From positions 2,214,814 to 2,278,813 of the forward strand of contig OZ252225.1 in NCBI GenBank assembly GCA_965249315.1: 64,000 nucleotides of DNA, in the 5' to 3' direction. The translations under genes and the position numbers were made by a program. Of the stretch, positions 18,545 through 27,200 are shown piece by piece (the first letter of the stretch is position 1; each line of letters begins with the position of its first letter). Origin of the DNA: Dehalococcoidia bacterium (GTDB taxonomy: Bacteria > Chloroflexota > Dehalococcoidia > Lucifugimonadales > UBA1127). The notes under the pieces were generated by a model. It saw nothing but the letters and a program-made list of their open reading frames with translations. It searched no databases and was not told the origin of the DNA.

Positions 18545-18835
18545 ACAGGGTAGGGCGTGGGAAGGGTTGGGGGAAGGGGCAGGTGGCAGCAGGCCAGGCG
18601 GCACTGCCGCTCTTGCTGGGGATGTTGCTCTGGGGCTGGGATTGGTCCTTCGAAGTGGGGTGGGAGCCTGCGTGGGTCGGTGAGATAAGGTTTCCCCTCC
18701 CCGCCTCTCCACGCCGCCGCATTTTCCCGCCCAGCCCGCCCTGGGGTTTTCTTCTTGGGGGGCTAGCGCCCCCCGGACCCCCGCTGGGTGCTGTCTGGGA
18801 GCTGTTGCCGTTGGGAAGGCGGGATGAAAGGCTGG
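18545..18835. repeat. Intergenic mosaic repeat block
   Basis: Contains the 40-nt repeat 18624-18663 (36/40 identical to 18098-18137). Also contains the module ...cgcattttcccgcccagcccgccctggggttttcttcttggggggctagcgccccccgg, related to copies near 28380, 43470 and 44530. Confidence 0.8.
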
Positions 18836-18839
18836 AGAC

Positions 18840-19106
18840 TCAACCTCTTGCTCTACTCAGAAGTGCCCCACCACCAATCCCGCCGACAAATCCCAGCAGG
18901 ATTTTCACGACGTCGGCAAGCAGCTGTCCCTCTCCGTAATGGAGAAGTATGGTGGGGGCGCCAAGTACAACTGGAAGGCCAACGAAAAGCATGGTGCAGA
19001 ACCAGAAAGTCCTATGGTTATCTCTGTCCTGTCGCTCATGCTCGTTCATATTGGCCGCCTGTGCTGGACGTAATGACTGGCGCGCTGCCTTGTTCATCTT
19101 GCACAC
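18840..19106 (-). CDS. Small predicted membrane protein (two hydrophobic segments), downstream of the DGQHR gene
   Basis: 88-aa ORF containing FWFCTMLFVGLPVVLGAPTILL and VVKILLGFVGGIGGGALL. It shares the strand and AT-richer composition of 19166-20392. The internal ATGs (MNKAAR, MNEHER) are alternative starts. Confidence 0.45.
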   Translation of the reverse strand: MCKMNKAARQSLRPAQAANMNEHERQDRDNHRTFWFCTMLFVGLPVVLGAPTILLHYGEGQLLADVVKILLGFVGGIGGGALLSRARG

Positions 19107-19165
19107 CTCGTTGCAAACTGGCGTAGCTTCTCCGTGCTAACTGGACCCACCCGCCTATCTGTTGT

Positions 19166-20392
19166 TCAGGCGACGATGGGACCCTTGGTTGGGAGCGCGT
19201 GTAGAGCTGATCGCCACTCCTGTTCCAGCTGCTTTGATAGGCGGCCGTAGCCAGATGCGCCGATGTATGTCGTTGCCTCGCCTTTCTCGTCAGGGTAGTC
19301 GTCAGCATCGCGCCGGGACCCCTTCCTGGAATGCCAGAAGACGTAGTCTGCGACTGTGGTCTGGCCGACCATGGAACGAAAGTCAGAGCGCGTCAGAGAA
19401 GGATTGGGACTCTGAAGGATGGTGGTGATGATAGGCGCTAGGGCTATATGGGAAGCTGATACTCCGATGCTTCCCCACAAGACGTTTGTGTATGGCTCTG
19501 CGTGGGCGTTGGGATTGACCTCAGCAATCGCCCCCCAGAAATTCTTGAGAACCTGCAGGAGCCATTCTGTTACTGTGGCCTTTGACCCCGCTACCATTAG
19601 TTGACCATTCCGCTCCATGCCTGCCAAGAGCGACTTGAGGTCCGCGTTTGTGAGCAGGGGCTTCAGGCTAGTCAGGAACGCTTGAAGCTTGACGGGTTGG
19701 GTCACCGAGTCGTTTGGCATCTGGATAAGCCCCTTCCACGGCGAGTCCGCCGCGCCGTTCAGATGACTTGCTATGCGAGAGGCCTCATACATCCAAGCGT
19801 CGGTGGCAGGGACAACGGTCGTCAGTACCGTTAGCTCGTGTTCGCTCAGTACTCCATCGTCCAACTTACTTTGGACAAGTTTGAGACTGAGATCGGTGCG
19901 CACCCTCTTCTGCTTTTCGTTGATCAAAAGAAACTGTGCCACCTCTTCGCCGATATCCAGACCAACGAAGATGCGGGCGTCAATGGTGTGGGACTCTGGG
20001 ATTAGCCCATGGGCAAAGGCATTCCGCAGGCCATCCAGCCGCGTGCCTCCGTCAGTGACGGAAAGCCAGCGGCTTCCGTCGGTGTCAAAGGTCAGAATTC
20101 CAAGGGTTTGATTGTTGTCCAGAGCGTCAAAGTCCCACTCGGCGGGTTTGACGCGGGCGTTAATCGTTAGCTCAAAGAGTTTCGGCGGGATATCCGCATC
20201 GAGGCAGCGCCGGATGTAGTCCTCTATATCCTTCGCTCTCCTTGGGCGGAGCTTCTCGTCCCTCTGGTACCCGGACCCGGTTGCGTCTGTGTAGTAGTCC
20301 ACGAAAGCGTTGGACACGAGCACCCCTACGGGGATGGACGCGCTGTAGCTCTCGTCCTGGTTCCGCTTTGCCAAGAGTACGTAGTGGGGCAT
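19166..20392 (-). CDS. DGQHR-domain / DndB-like (ParB/Srx-fold) protein, orphan
   Basis: 408 aa. GYQRDEKLRPRRAKDI, SVTDGGTRLDGL (a DGQHR-like motif) and FLLINEKQKRVRTDL fit the DndB/DGQHR family pattern. A strong SD (aaggagg) precedes the ATG. Confidence 0.75.
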   Translation of the reverse strand: MPHYVLLAKRNQDESYSASIPVGVLVSNAFVDYYTDATGSGYQRDEKLRPRRAKDIEDYIRRCLDADIPPKLFELTINARVKPAEWDFDALDNNQTLGILTFDTDGSRWLSVTDGGTRLDGLRNAFAHGLIPESHTIDARIFVGLDIGEEVAQFLLINEKQKRVRTDLSLKLVQSKLDDGVLSEHELTVLTTVVPATDAWMYEASRIASHLNGAADSPWKGLIQMPNDSVTQPVKLQAFLTSLKPLLTNADLKSLLAGMERNGQLMVAGSKATVTEWLLQVLKNFWGAIAEVNPNAHAEPYTNVLWGSIGVSASHIALAPIITTILQSPNPSLTRSDFRSMVGQTTVADYVFWHSRKGSRRDADDYPDEKGEATTYIGASGYGRLSKQLEQEWRSALHALPTKGPIVA

Positions 20393-20499
20393 GACGGCCT
20401 CCTTAGTCCGCTTTCATACACCGTACATCAGTGTAGCGCTCGAGTCAATCGTAGTGTAGAAATTGCTCAGTATTCATGCTCGCATACACGGCTGAAGGC

Positions 20500-20660
20500 G
20501 TATCAATGAATGGCCGCACTCCTGGATTCCGGTCTGCATGAGAGGGACGGGGGTTGCCTTCATCCCAACCTTCTTCCAGAGGGAGAAGGGGGGTGGCAGA
20601 GGCGCTCTTGCTTGTGCCGTCAGATCTGGTGCGTTGTTGGAGCGGATAGGCGTCGAGGTG
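20500..20660. repeat. Intergenic mosaic repeat block
   Basis: Modules cctggattccggtc..., tcatcccaaccttcttccagaggg and gcgctcttgcttgtgcc... are shared with blocks at 32415-32720, 4640-4950 and 18150-18190. Confidence 0.7.
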
Positions 20661-20666
20661 GCACGC

Positions 20667-21530
20667 TCAGGGGGTGGGGCGGGCCAGGGCCTGCTCGACC
20701 TCTGGGTTGAGGTTGAGGCCGGGGATGGGGGCGCCGGCGGCGTCCACGACGCGGCGGTCGACGACGCGGAGGCGTCCTTCGGCCAGAGCCTTGAGGGTCT
20801 CGAGAAGCAGGGGGCGCTCGCGGCGGATGCCCTCCTGTCGGATGCGCTGGAAGAGGGGGAGCGCCTCACCGTGCTCGGCCCTGATCGCAGCGGCGTCGCG
20901 CCCTTCGACAGCAGCCCAGAGGGCGTCGAAGTCGCCGCCGCGCAGCGGGAAGCTGACGTAGCTCGCGGTGGGGCCCTTGTCCCAGTCGTCCGTGGCCACC
21001 TGCACCGTGGCGCCGTGCTCCGTCGCCCTGCCCTCGATGACCTGCCAGATGACCTCCTGCCACGTGCCGACGGGGCCGCCGGGCAGGGCGGGGTGGAGGT
21101 TGAGCATGGTGTAGCGCTCCACCATATCGTGGGCGGTGAAGAGCATGTAGCCGCCCAGGACGCAGACGTCGGGCTGGTACTCCGCCAGCAGGGCCATGGC
21201 CTGGCGGTCGAAGAGTTCCCGGACCTCAGCGAAGGTGCGGGCCTTGCGCCGGCGTCGCAGCCTCTGGGAGGAGAGGGTGACGAGGGGGACGCCGTGGCTG
21301 CGCACGAGGGCCATGAACTCGTCGCTACCTGGCTGCTCTCCGGGGTCGCGGTTGCAGAACACGAACTGCACCCGCGCGTCCAACTCGCCGCGGCGGATGG
21401 CGTCGAGGACGGTCTGGAGGAGGCCGCGGGAGCCTTCGCCGCGCCCCGTGGAGAACCAACCGAGGGAGAGGGGGGCGGCATCGCCGCTACGGCCTGCGTC
21501 GAGGGGCACGTCCGGGGGCGGTCCGCTCAT
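20667..21530 (-). CDS. Formyltransferase-domain protein (PurN-like) with C-terminal extension
   Basis: DVCVLGGYMLFTAHDMVERYTMLNLHPALPGG and HGATVQVATDDWDKGP fit the formyl_trans_N fold (HxxLP motif). About 90 extra C-terminal residues follow. Confidence 0.75.
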   Translation of the reverse strand: MSGPPPDVPLDAGRSGDAAPLSLGWFSTGRGEGSRGLLQTVLDAIRRGELDARVQFVFCNRDPGEQPGSDEFMALVRSHGVPLVTLSSQRLRRRRKARTFAEVRELFDRQAMALLAEYQPDVCVLGGYMLFTAHDMVERYTMLNLHPALPGGPVGTWQEVIWQVIEGRATEHGATVQVATDDWDKGPTASYVSFPLRGGDFDALWAAVEGRDAAAIRAEHGEALPLFQRIRQEGIRRERPLLLETLKALAEGRLRVVDRRVVDAAGAPIPGLNLNPEVEQALARPTP

Positions 21531-22207
21531 CAGCGGCGGAGGCGGGCGAGGCGTTTGCGGAGCTTGGCGTAGGCGGTAGCGAAATGGACGAGGTGGCTGG
21601 CGGCCCGAGTTACGAGGCGAGCCTGGGCCAGTGCCTGCTTGAAGCCTTCCGGCGTGCCGTCGAACGGGGGCATCTCGGTGTAGGTGCGGCCAAGCTCCCG
21701 CGGGTAGTGGGCGTCGCTGACGGCGGTGGGCAGCAGGCCGTACCGTTGGGCCGTTGCCATGGCCCTGCGGTTGGCGTCACCGAACGCGTTGCGGGCGTTG
21801 AACGCCTCGATCATGTCGGCCAGGGGGAGGACCTCCTCCAGGGCCTGGTCGGCGATGACGGAGCGGCGGAGGGCATCGTAGGGGTGGGGGATGGAGACGA
21901 GGCCACCCTGCTCCCGAATGCGCTCTACGGTCTCCAGGGGCGAGAGGCCGGCAGGGACCTCCTCCTGCAGGAAGAGGCCGGTGATCTCCCCGGCGGTGGA
22001 CTTGACCTCCGCGGCGATGATGACAGGGAAGGGTGCGATGCGGGCCACGTCCTGGGCGCCCCGGATGGTGTTGTGGTCGGTGACGGCTATGCAGCCCAGC
22101 CCCACTTCGAGGCATCGGGCGACGAGCTGTTCGGGCGTGGTGAGGGAGTCGTAGGAGTGGAGGGTGTGCATGTGGAAGTCGGCGCGGACGAGCGTGGCGT
22201 TCGACAT
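21530..22207 (-). CDS. PHP-domain metal-dependent phosphoesterase
   Basis: ADFHMHTLHSYDS and CIAVTDHNTIRG are PHP motifs. Its boundaries overlap by one base with both neighbours (22207 with xseB upstream, 21530 with the formyltransferase downstream). Confidence 0.85.
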   Translation of the reverse strand: MSNATLVRADFHMHTLHSYDSLTTPEQLVARCLEVGLGCIAVTDHNTIRGAQDVARIAPFPVIIAAEVKSTAGEITGLFLQEEVPAGLSPLETVERIREQGGLVSIPHPYDALRRSVIADQALEEVLPLADMIEAFNARNAFGDANRRAMATAQRYGLLPTAVSDAHYPRELGRTYTEMPPFDGTPEGFKQALAQARLVTRAASHLVHFATAYAKLRKRLARLRR

Positions 22208-22521
22208 CAGGGCGCCTCGGCGTCATAGGGCGCGGACTCGTCGGCTATGCCGTCAACGGGGGGATGGTCGAGGTCGTCCTGTGCGAGGAAGCGCATCTGC
22301 TCGCCGAAGGAGGTCTGAATGCGAGTGATGCGCAGCTCGGCGGCGCTGAGGAGCTCGCTGCAGATGCGGGCGAGGCGGAGGCCCTCCTCGTAGAGGCGCG
22401 TGGTCTGCTCCAGGGTCAACCCCCCGGCTTCCAGGGACTGCGCCGTGGCCTCCAGCTTCTTGAAGGCCTCCTCAAAGGAGAGACCATCGCGCTGGCCCGG
22501 CTTTGGGGCACTCTCCGCCAT
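22207..22521 (-). CDS. xseB: Exodeoxyribonuclease VII small subunit
   Basis: SFEEAFKKLEATAQSLEAGGLTLEQTTRLYEEGLRLARICSELL matches the XseB helical hairpin signature. Confidence 0.9.
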   Translation of the reverse strand: MAESAPKPGQRDGLSFEEAFKKLEATAQSLEAGGLTLEQTTRLYEEGLRLARICSELLSAAELRITRIQTSFGEQMRFLAQDDLDHPPVDGIADESAPYDAEAP

Positions 22522-22557
22522 GGACTCCCCCTAACCTACCTCCGGCAGGTGCCGCTA

Positions 22558-23019
22558 CTACTCCTGGGTGAGGAGGAAGGCCACCAGCGCGTCGATGTCA
22601 CTGGAGGAGAGCTCCACGGCTGCGAGGGTGGATTCCATGAGCTCTGCCGACTCTTCCCAGCCGGGGGAGGTGAAGGCGCTGGGCTCGGTGATGGACCTGC
22701 GGAGGTACTGCTCCACCGATAGGCCGGCCTCTCGACCCTCAGCCTCGGTGGCGATGTGGGTGTGGTCGGGACCGAGCTCGAGAACCGCGCCGGGGATGTT
22801 CTCGTTGGCGTGGCAGGTGGTGCAGAGACCCTTTCCGGTATATATGGCCTTACCCTGGGCCACGAGGTCCGTCCCCCCCGAGGAGTCAGCCGGCGTGGTG
22901 GCCGCGGGTGTCGTCGTTGTGGCGCCGCCGTCGTCGCCGTTGCCTCCACAAGTGGCTGCGAAGAGGCCAACGAGCAGGAGCGCCGCCGAGATACCCACTA
23001 GGAGAGGTCGCCGCATCAC
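22558..23019 (-). CDS. Lipoprotein c-type cytochrome (monoheme)
   Basis: Signal peptide plus lipobox (LVGLFAATCGG) and a single CTTCH heme-binding motif. Confidence 0.8.
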   Translation of the reverse strand: MMRRPLLVGISAALLLVGLFAATCGGNGDDGGATTTTPAATTPADSSGGTDLVAQGKAIYTGKGLCTTCHANENIPGAVLELGPDHTHIATEAEGREAGLSVEQYLRRSITEPSAFTSPGWEESAELMESTLAAVELSSSDIDALVAFLLTQE

Positions 23020-23067
23020 ACTACCGTCCTTTCGTACTGGTGTTTTCCAATCTCTTGCGTCTGTCGG

Positions 23068-23658
23068 TTAGCTGGGCGCCACGCCCAGAGCTTTCTGGAC
23101 CTCTTTCAAGGCCTGCCGCATCGGTAGGACGCCTGGTGGCAGGGTGGTGCCGGGGGACTCTTCCTCGACCTCCGGCACGATCTTCGCACAGACAAGTACG
23201 GGCCCACGCTGGGAAAGGATGTCCGAGGCGCGTGTGGAAAACTCTTCCAGGTCGTCGAACTCGTAGGCGACGGGGTAGCCGGCGGCGAGGGCCAGCTTCG
23301 CCAGGGAGACCAGTCCCTGGCCCGGAATGGGCTGGCCGCCTGTGGTGGCGTAGACGCCGTTCTCCATGACGAAGTGGTAGAGGTTGGCGGGGGCCTTGTT
23401 GGCGATTGCTATGAGCGCGCCAAGGTTCATGAGGAGGCTGCCATCGCCGTCGAAGAGGATGACGTTCACGTTGGGCTGGGCCAGGGCGAGGCCGAGCGCC
23501 ACGGAGGAGGCCTTTCCCATAGCCCCGGATACCGGAAGGTCTCGCTGAGGGTTGCGGCTCACCTGGGCCCAGTCGCCCCGGGAGCCCATGGTGGTGAGAA
23601 CCACCGCGCTGTCCCGTTGCTGGGCCACCGTGGCCATCAGGTCTCGCTGGAGGATCAC
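23068..23658 (-). CDS. TPP-dependent sulfopyruvate/phosphonopyruvate decarboxylase-like, beta subunit
   Basis: ILFDGDGSLLMNLGAL is a TPP GDG-X-N motif. The GTG at 23656-23658 overlaps the alpha-subunit stop (GTGA). An alternative ATG lies at 23637. Confidence 0.75.
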   Translation of the reverse strand: MILQRDLMATVAQQRDSAVVLTTMGSRGDWAQVSRNPQRDLPVSGAMGKASSVALGLALAQPNVNVILFDGDGSLLMNLGALIAIANKAPANLYHFVMENGVYATTGGQPIPGQGLVSLAKLALAAGYPVAYEFDDLEEFSTRASDILSQRGPVLVCAKIVPEVEEESPGTTLPPGVLPMRQALKEVQKALGVAPS

Positions 23659-24167
23659 TTCTTCCCCGTGGAGAAGGCGTGGTACTCGTCGCCCACCAGG
23701 ACTGCGACGGGCCGGCTGGTGCGGGAGGCCTCCTCGAAGGCCAGGGAGATGCGGTCGGCGTCTTCGTCGCGCTCCATGAGGTAGTAGGTGATGCCCCAGG
23801 CGTTGAGGATGGGCTCGGTGTAGCGGGCGGCGGAGTCGGGCGTGGCGCCCTTGCGGGTCCAGCCGCGGTAGCCGATGACCATGACCATGGGCAGGCCGAG
23901 GTCGAGGGCGATGCCCCGGATTGAGTCGCCGGACTCGAACATGCCGGTGTTCTGGATGAGGACGACAGGCTTCTTGCCGCCAATGGAGAGGCCCGCGGCA
24001 ATGGGCATGGTCTCTCCCTCGCGGCACACGGGGACGACGTCCAGACTGGGCTCGTCCTGCAGCTTGAGGTAGAGCCAGTTGGTCTCGCTGTCGGGAAGGC
24101 AGACGATGTGGGTGACCTCGTTCTTCTTGAACTCGTCTACGAGTGTCTGGGGGCTAATACCGGCCAC
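23655..24167 (-). CDS. TPP-dependent sulfopyruvate/phosphonopyruvate decarboxylase-like, alpha subunit
   Basis: 170 aa TPP-enzyme N-terminal (PYR) domain: VPVCREGETMPIAAGLSIGGKKPVVLIQNTG. Confidence 0.75.
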   Translation of the reverse strand: MAGISPQTLVDEFKKNEVTHIVCLPDSETNWLYLKLQDEPSLDVVPVCREGETMPIAAGLSIGGKKPVVLIQNTGMFESGDSIRGIALDLGLPMVMVIGYRGWTRKGATPDSAARYTEPILNAWGITYYLMERDEDADRISLAFEEASRTSRPVAVLVGDEYHAFSTGKK

Positions 24168-24333
24168 AGTCGTACTCCGTTGCGGTCATTGCTCAGGCTG
24201 CAGCAATTGTACCGTGGGCGTGCTGGGAGGGTCAACAAGCGTGGTGGCGGCATTGCCGCTGTTGCTTGGGGCGTCACGTCTGATGGGCCGTTGGGGCGTG
24301 GAGGGGCGAGGTTGCTGCCTTGGCAGGACGCCC

Positions 24334-25536
24334 TCAGCCCGGCGCACTTCCGGGGGGAGGAGGTGAGACCTCGGCGGGGAAACTGCCGTCGTGGACGTGG
24401 ATTCGGAGGGCGTCGTGGGGGGCGACGTCGCGGACGCTGGTCACGGTCTCGCCCGTCGCTTCACGTTGGACGACGGCGTAGCCGCGTTCGAGCACGCCGC
24501 GGGGGTCGAGGACGCCGAGGCGAGAGGTGATGCTGCGCAGCCGCTCCCGCTGGAGGGCGGTGGTGCTGCTGAGGCGAAGGGTCACGACGTGGAGGGCGTC
24601 GTCGACGCGCTGGCGTCGGCCTGCGGTGTCGGGGGCGCGGCTGGTGACGCGCTGGACGAGGCCCTGGGTCTCCGTCTGCCGCGCTCGGGTGTAGTCGAGG
24701 GTGCTGTCGGTCACAACGAGGGCCTGCTGGAGGACGGCCTCCTGAAGCCCGCGAGCGTCGGGGACGGCGAGCTCCGCCGCGGCGGAAGGTGTGGGTGCGC
24801 GGAGGTCGGCGACGAGGTCGGCGACGGTGACGTCGGTCTCATGGCCTACGGCGCTGATGACGGGGTGGGGGCTGGCGTAGATGGCCCGTGCCACGGCCTC
24901 GTCGTTGAAGGGCATCAGCTCCTCCGGAGCGCCGCCGCCGCGGGCGACGATGACAGCGTCGACGTCGTCCTCGTCCCTGAGGACTGCGAAGGACTCCAGG
25001 ATGGTGGGGACCGCGTTCTCTCCCTGGACGCTGCAGGGGACCAGCGCGAGCTCCACGAGGGGGTAGCGGCGACGCACGACGTTCTGGATGTCGTGCCAGA
25101 CGGCGCCCGTGGGGGAGGTGATGACGGCGATGCGCCGCGGGAAGTCGGGGATGGGGCGCTTGCGGGCCTCGTCGAAGAGGCCTTCGGCTTCGAGCTTGGC
25201 CCGGAGGCGCTCCAGCTCCAGGTGCATCTCGCCGAGGCCCTGGGGGCGGACCATATCGACATAAAGCTGGAGCTCGCCGCGGGTCTCGTAGAAGGAGACA
25301 CGGCCGTGGGCCGCGACGGCAACGCCGCCGGCCAGCACATCACCGCCGACGCCGTTGCGGAACATCACGCAGCGAATCTGGCTGTCAGCTTCCCTGAGGG
25401 TGAAGTACATGTGGCCGAGGGCGGAGCGGGTGAAGCTGGAAACCTCGCCGGTGACCCACAGGTCCCGGAGGACGGCGTCCCGGTCGAGAGTGTCTCTCAG
25501 GTAGCGCGTGACCTGGGAGACCGTGTACAGCGGCAT
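24334..25536 (-). CDS. xseA: Exodeoxyribonuclease VII large subunit
   Basis: 400 aa with an OB-fold N-terminus (LWVTGEVSSFTRSALGHMYFTLRE) and an XseA catalytic region (IVARGGG..EELMPFNDE, ISAVGHETD). Confidence 0.9.
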   Translation of the reverse strand: MPLYTVSQVTRYLRDTLDRDAVLRDLWVTGEVSSFTRSALGHMYFTLREADSQIRCVMFRNGVGGDVLAGGVAVAAHGRVSFYETRGELQLYVDMVRPQGLGEMHLELERLRAKLEAEGLFDEARKRPIPDFPRRIAVITSPTGAVWHDIQNVVRRRYPLVELALVPCSVQGENAVPTILESFAVLRDEDDVDAVIVARGGGAPEELMPFNDEAVARAIYASPHPVISAVGHETDVTVADLVADLRAPTPSAAAELAVPDARGLQEAVLQQALVVTDSTLDYTRARQTETQGLVQRVTSRAPDTAGRRQRVDDALHVVTLRLSSTTALQRERLRSITSRLGVLDPRGVLERGYAVVQREATGETVTSVRDVAPHDALRIHVHDGSFPAEVSPPPPGSAPG

Positions 25537-25545
25537 GGGCGGCGG

Positions 25546-26115
25546 CTAGGAGACGGTGGAGACGTAGTCGCCGGTGCGGGTGTCGACGCGGACAGTCTGG
25601 CCGATCGTGATGTGCATGGGGACCTTGACCTGGGCGCCGGTGGAGAGGGTGGCGGGCTTTCGGCCGGAGGAGGCAGTGTCGCCCTTGAAGGCAGGCGGGG
25701 TGTCCACGATCTCCAGATCCACGGTCGTAGGTAGCTCGACGCTGACGGCCTGGCCCTGGTAGTAGACCAGGCTTATGGTGTCGCCCTCGGTGAGGAACTT
25801 GGACTGCTCGGCCAGCTCGTCGGCGGCAAGGGGGAACTGGTCGTAGGTCTCGGTGTCCATGAAGTAGAAGCTCTGGCCGTCGTTGTAGAGGTACTGGGCC
25901 TGACGGTTGTCGATGTCGGCGAGGGTGAGGCGCTGGTTGCCGGGGAGGTTGCGCTCGAAGGTCTTGCCGGAGCGGAGCTGGCGCAGCTTCAGGGTGAGGG
26001 CCGGCGTTCGCTGCTGCATGGCGACGTGCTTGTACTCGATGACGGCGAAGGCGTCGCCCTCAAGCTCGATGATGGTGCCCCTTCGCAGGTCGCTGTAGGT
26101 GATGGTGCCAGCCAC
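25546..26115 (-). CDS. efp: Elongation factor P
   Basis: 189 aa with an EF-P N-terminus (SDLRRGTIIELEGDAFAVIEYKHVAMQQR) and a VDLEIVDTPPAFKGDTAS block. Confidence 0.95.
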   Translation of the reverse strand: MAGTITYSDLRRGTIIELEGDAFAVIEYKHVAMQQRTPALTLKLRQLRSGKTFERNLPGNQRLTLADIDNRQAQYLYNDGQSFYFMDTETYDQFPLAADELAEQSKFLTEGDTISLVYYQGQAVSVELPTTVDLEIVDTPPAFKGDTASSGRKPATLSTGAQVKVPMHITIGQTVRVDTRTGDYVSTVS

Positions 26116-26126
26116 GCGGTCCTCCT

Positions 26127-27200
26127 CTAGCGGGGGTCTTCCCGCTTGTGGGCCTTGGTCAGGGTGCGGGCGCGCCCGTTCTCCAGAACGACGATGTCCT
26201 CGATGCGGACGCCACCCCAGCCGGGGATGTATATGCCGGGCTCGATGGTGAAGACTGCGCCGTCCAGGAGGGTGTTCCCCGCCCGAGGGCCGACGCGTGG
26301 GTCTTCGTGGACGGCGAGGCCGATGCCGTGGCCGAGGCTGTGGCCGAACTTGTCGCCGTGGCCGGCCTTCTCGATGATGCTGCGAGCGAGGCCGTCCGCC
26401 TGCTCGCCGGTCATCTGTGCTTCGACGGTGGCGGAGGCGGCCATCTGTGCGCCGAGGACCGTGTCGTAGACGGTGCGGAAGGTCTCATCGGGCCGGCCGA
26501 TGCAGACGGTGCGGGTGATGTCGCTGCAGTAGCCCTGGTACTTTGCGCCGAAGTCCATGACGACAGGCTGGCCCTCGAGGATGGGGGTGTCGTCGGCGCG
26601 GTGGTGGGCCATAGCGCCGTTGGGCCCTGCGGCGACAATGATGTCGAAGGCGAGGGCCTCTGCGCCGCCCTCGCGCATGGCCATCTCCAAACGCCAGGCG
26701 ACGGACTGCTCCGTGTCGCCGACCTCGATGGTGGGGGCGACCTCCTCGAAGGCGCGGTCGGAGATTTCGACGGCGCGGGTGATGAGGGCGAGCTCGTCAA
26801 GATCCTTGATGGCCCGCTGAGGCTCGACGAGCTCGGTGGTGGCGGTGAGCTCGACGCCGTTACCGGCGTCCTTCAGGGACTTCACGAGGGCGGCGTGCCC
26901 AGCGACGGTCATGTGTGCGCTCTCGAAGCCGAGCTTGCGCATACCCAACTCCTTCGCCAGGGGCGGGAGCCACCCGGCGGCAGCGATTCGCACGACGCGG
27001 AAGTCGGGGGCCTGGTTCGCCGCCTGCTCGGTGTAGCGGAAGTCGGTGGCCAGGACGGCGTCGGCCTGGGTGACGAGGAGGTTGCCGGCGGAGCCGGTGA
27101 AGCCGGAGAGGTAGCGTCGGTTTTCGGGCGCGGTTATCAGCATGCCGTCCAGCGCCTGCTCCTGGAGGACGGCTCGCAGGGCGTCAAGGCGTGCGCTCAT
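26127..27200 (-). CDS. pepP: Xaa-Pro aminopeptidase (M24B)
   Basis: Creatinase-like N-domain plus M24 metal ligands (VMDFGAKYQGYCSDITRT, HSLGHGIGLAVHE, FTIEPGIY, VRIEDIV). Confidence 0.9.
   Translation of the reverse strand: MSARLDALRAVLQEQALDGMLITAPENRRYLSGFTGSAGNLLVTQADAVLATDFRYTEQAANQAPDFRVVRIAAAGWLPPLAKELGMRKLGFESAHMTVAGHAALVKSLKDAGNGVELTATTELVEPQRAIKDLDELALITRAVEISDRAFEEVAPTIEVGDTEQSVAWRLEMAMREGGAEALAFDIIVAAGPNGAMAHHRADDTPILEGQPVVMDFGAKYQGYCSDITRTVCIGRPDETFRTVYDTVLGAQMAASATVEAQMTGEQADGLARSIIEKAGHGDKFGHSLGHGIGLAVHEDPRVGPRAGNTLLDGAVFTIEPGIYIPGWGGVRIEDIVVLENGRARTLTKAHKREDPR

Noticed and set aside
20474-21572. 335-aa minus-strand and 344-aa plus-strand ORFs overlapping the formyltransferase gene
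   Set aside because: They are alternative frames of the same DNA, Ser/Ala/Pro/Arg-rich or Gly/Ala/Glu-rich, with no motifs. Frame 20667-21530 carries the formyltransferase HxxLP signature.
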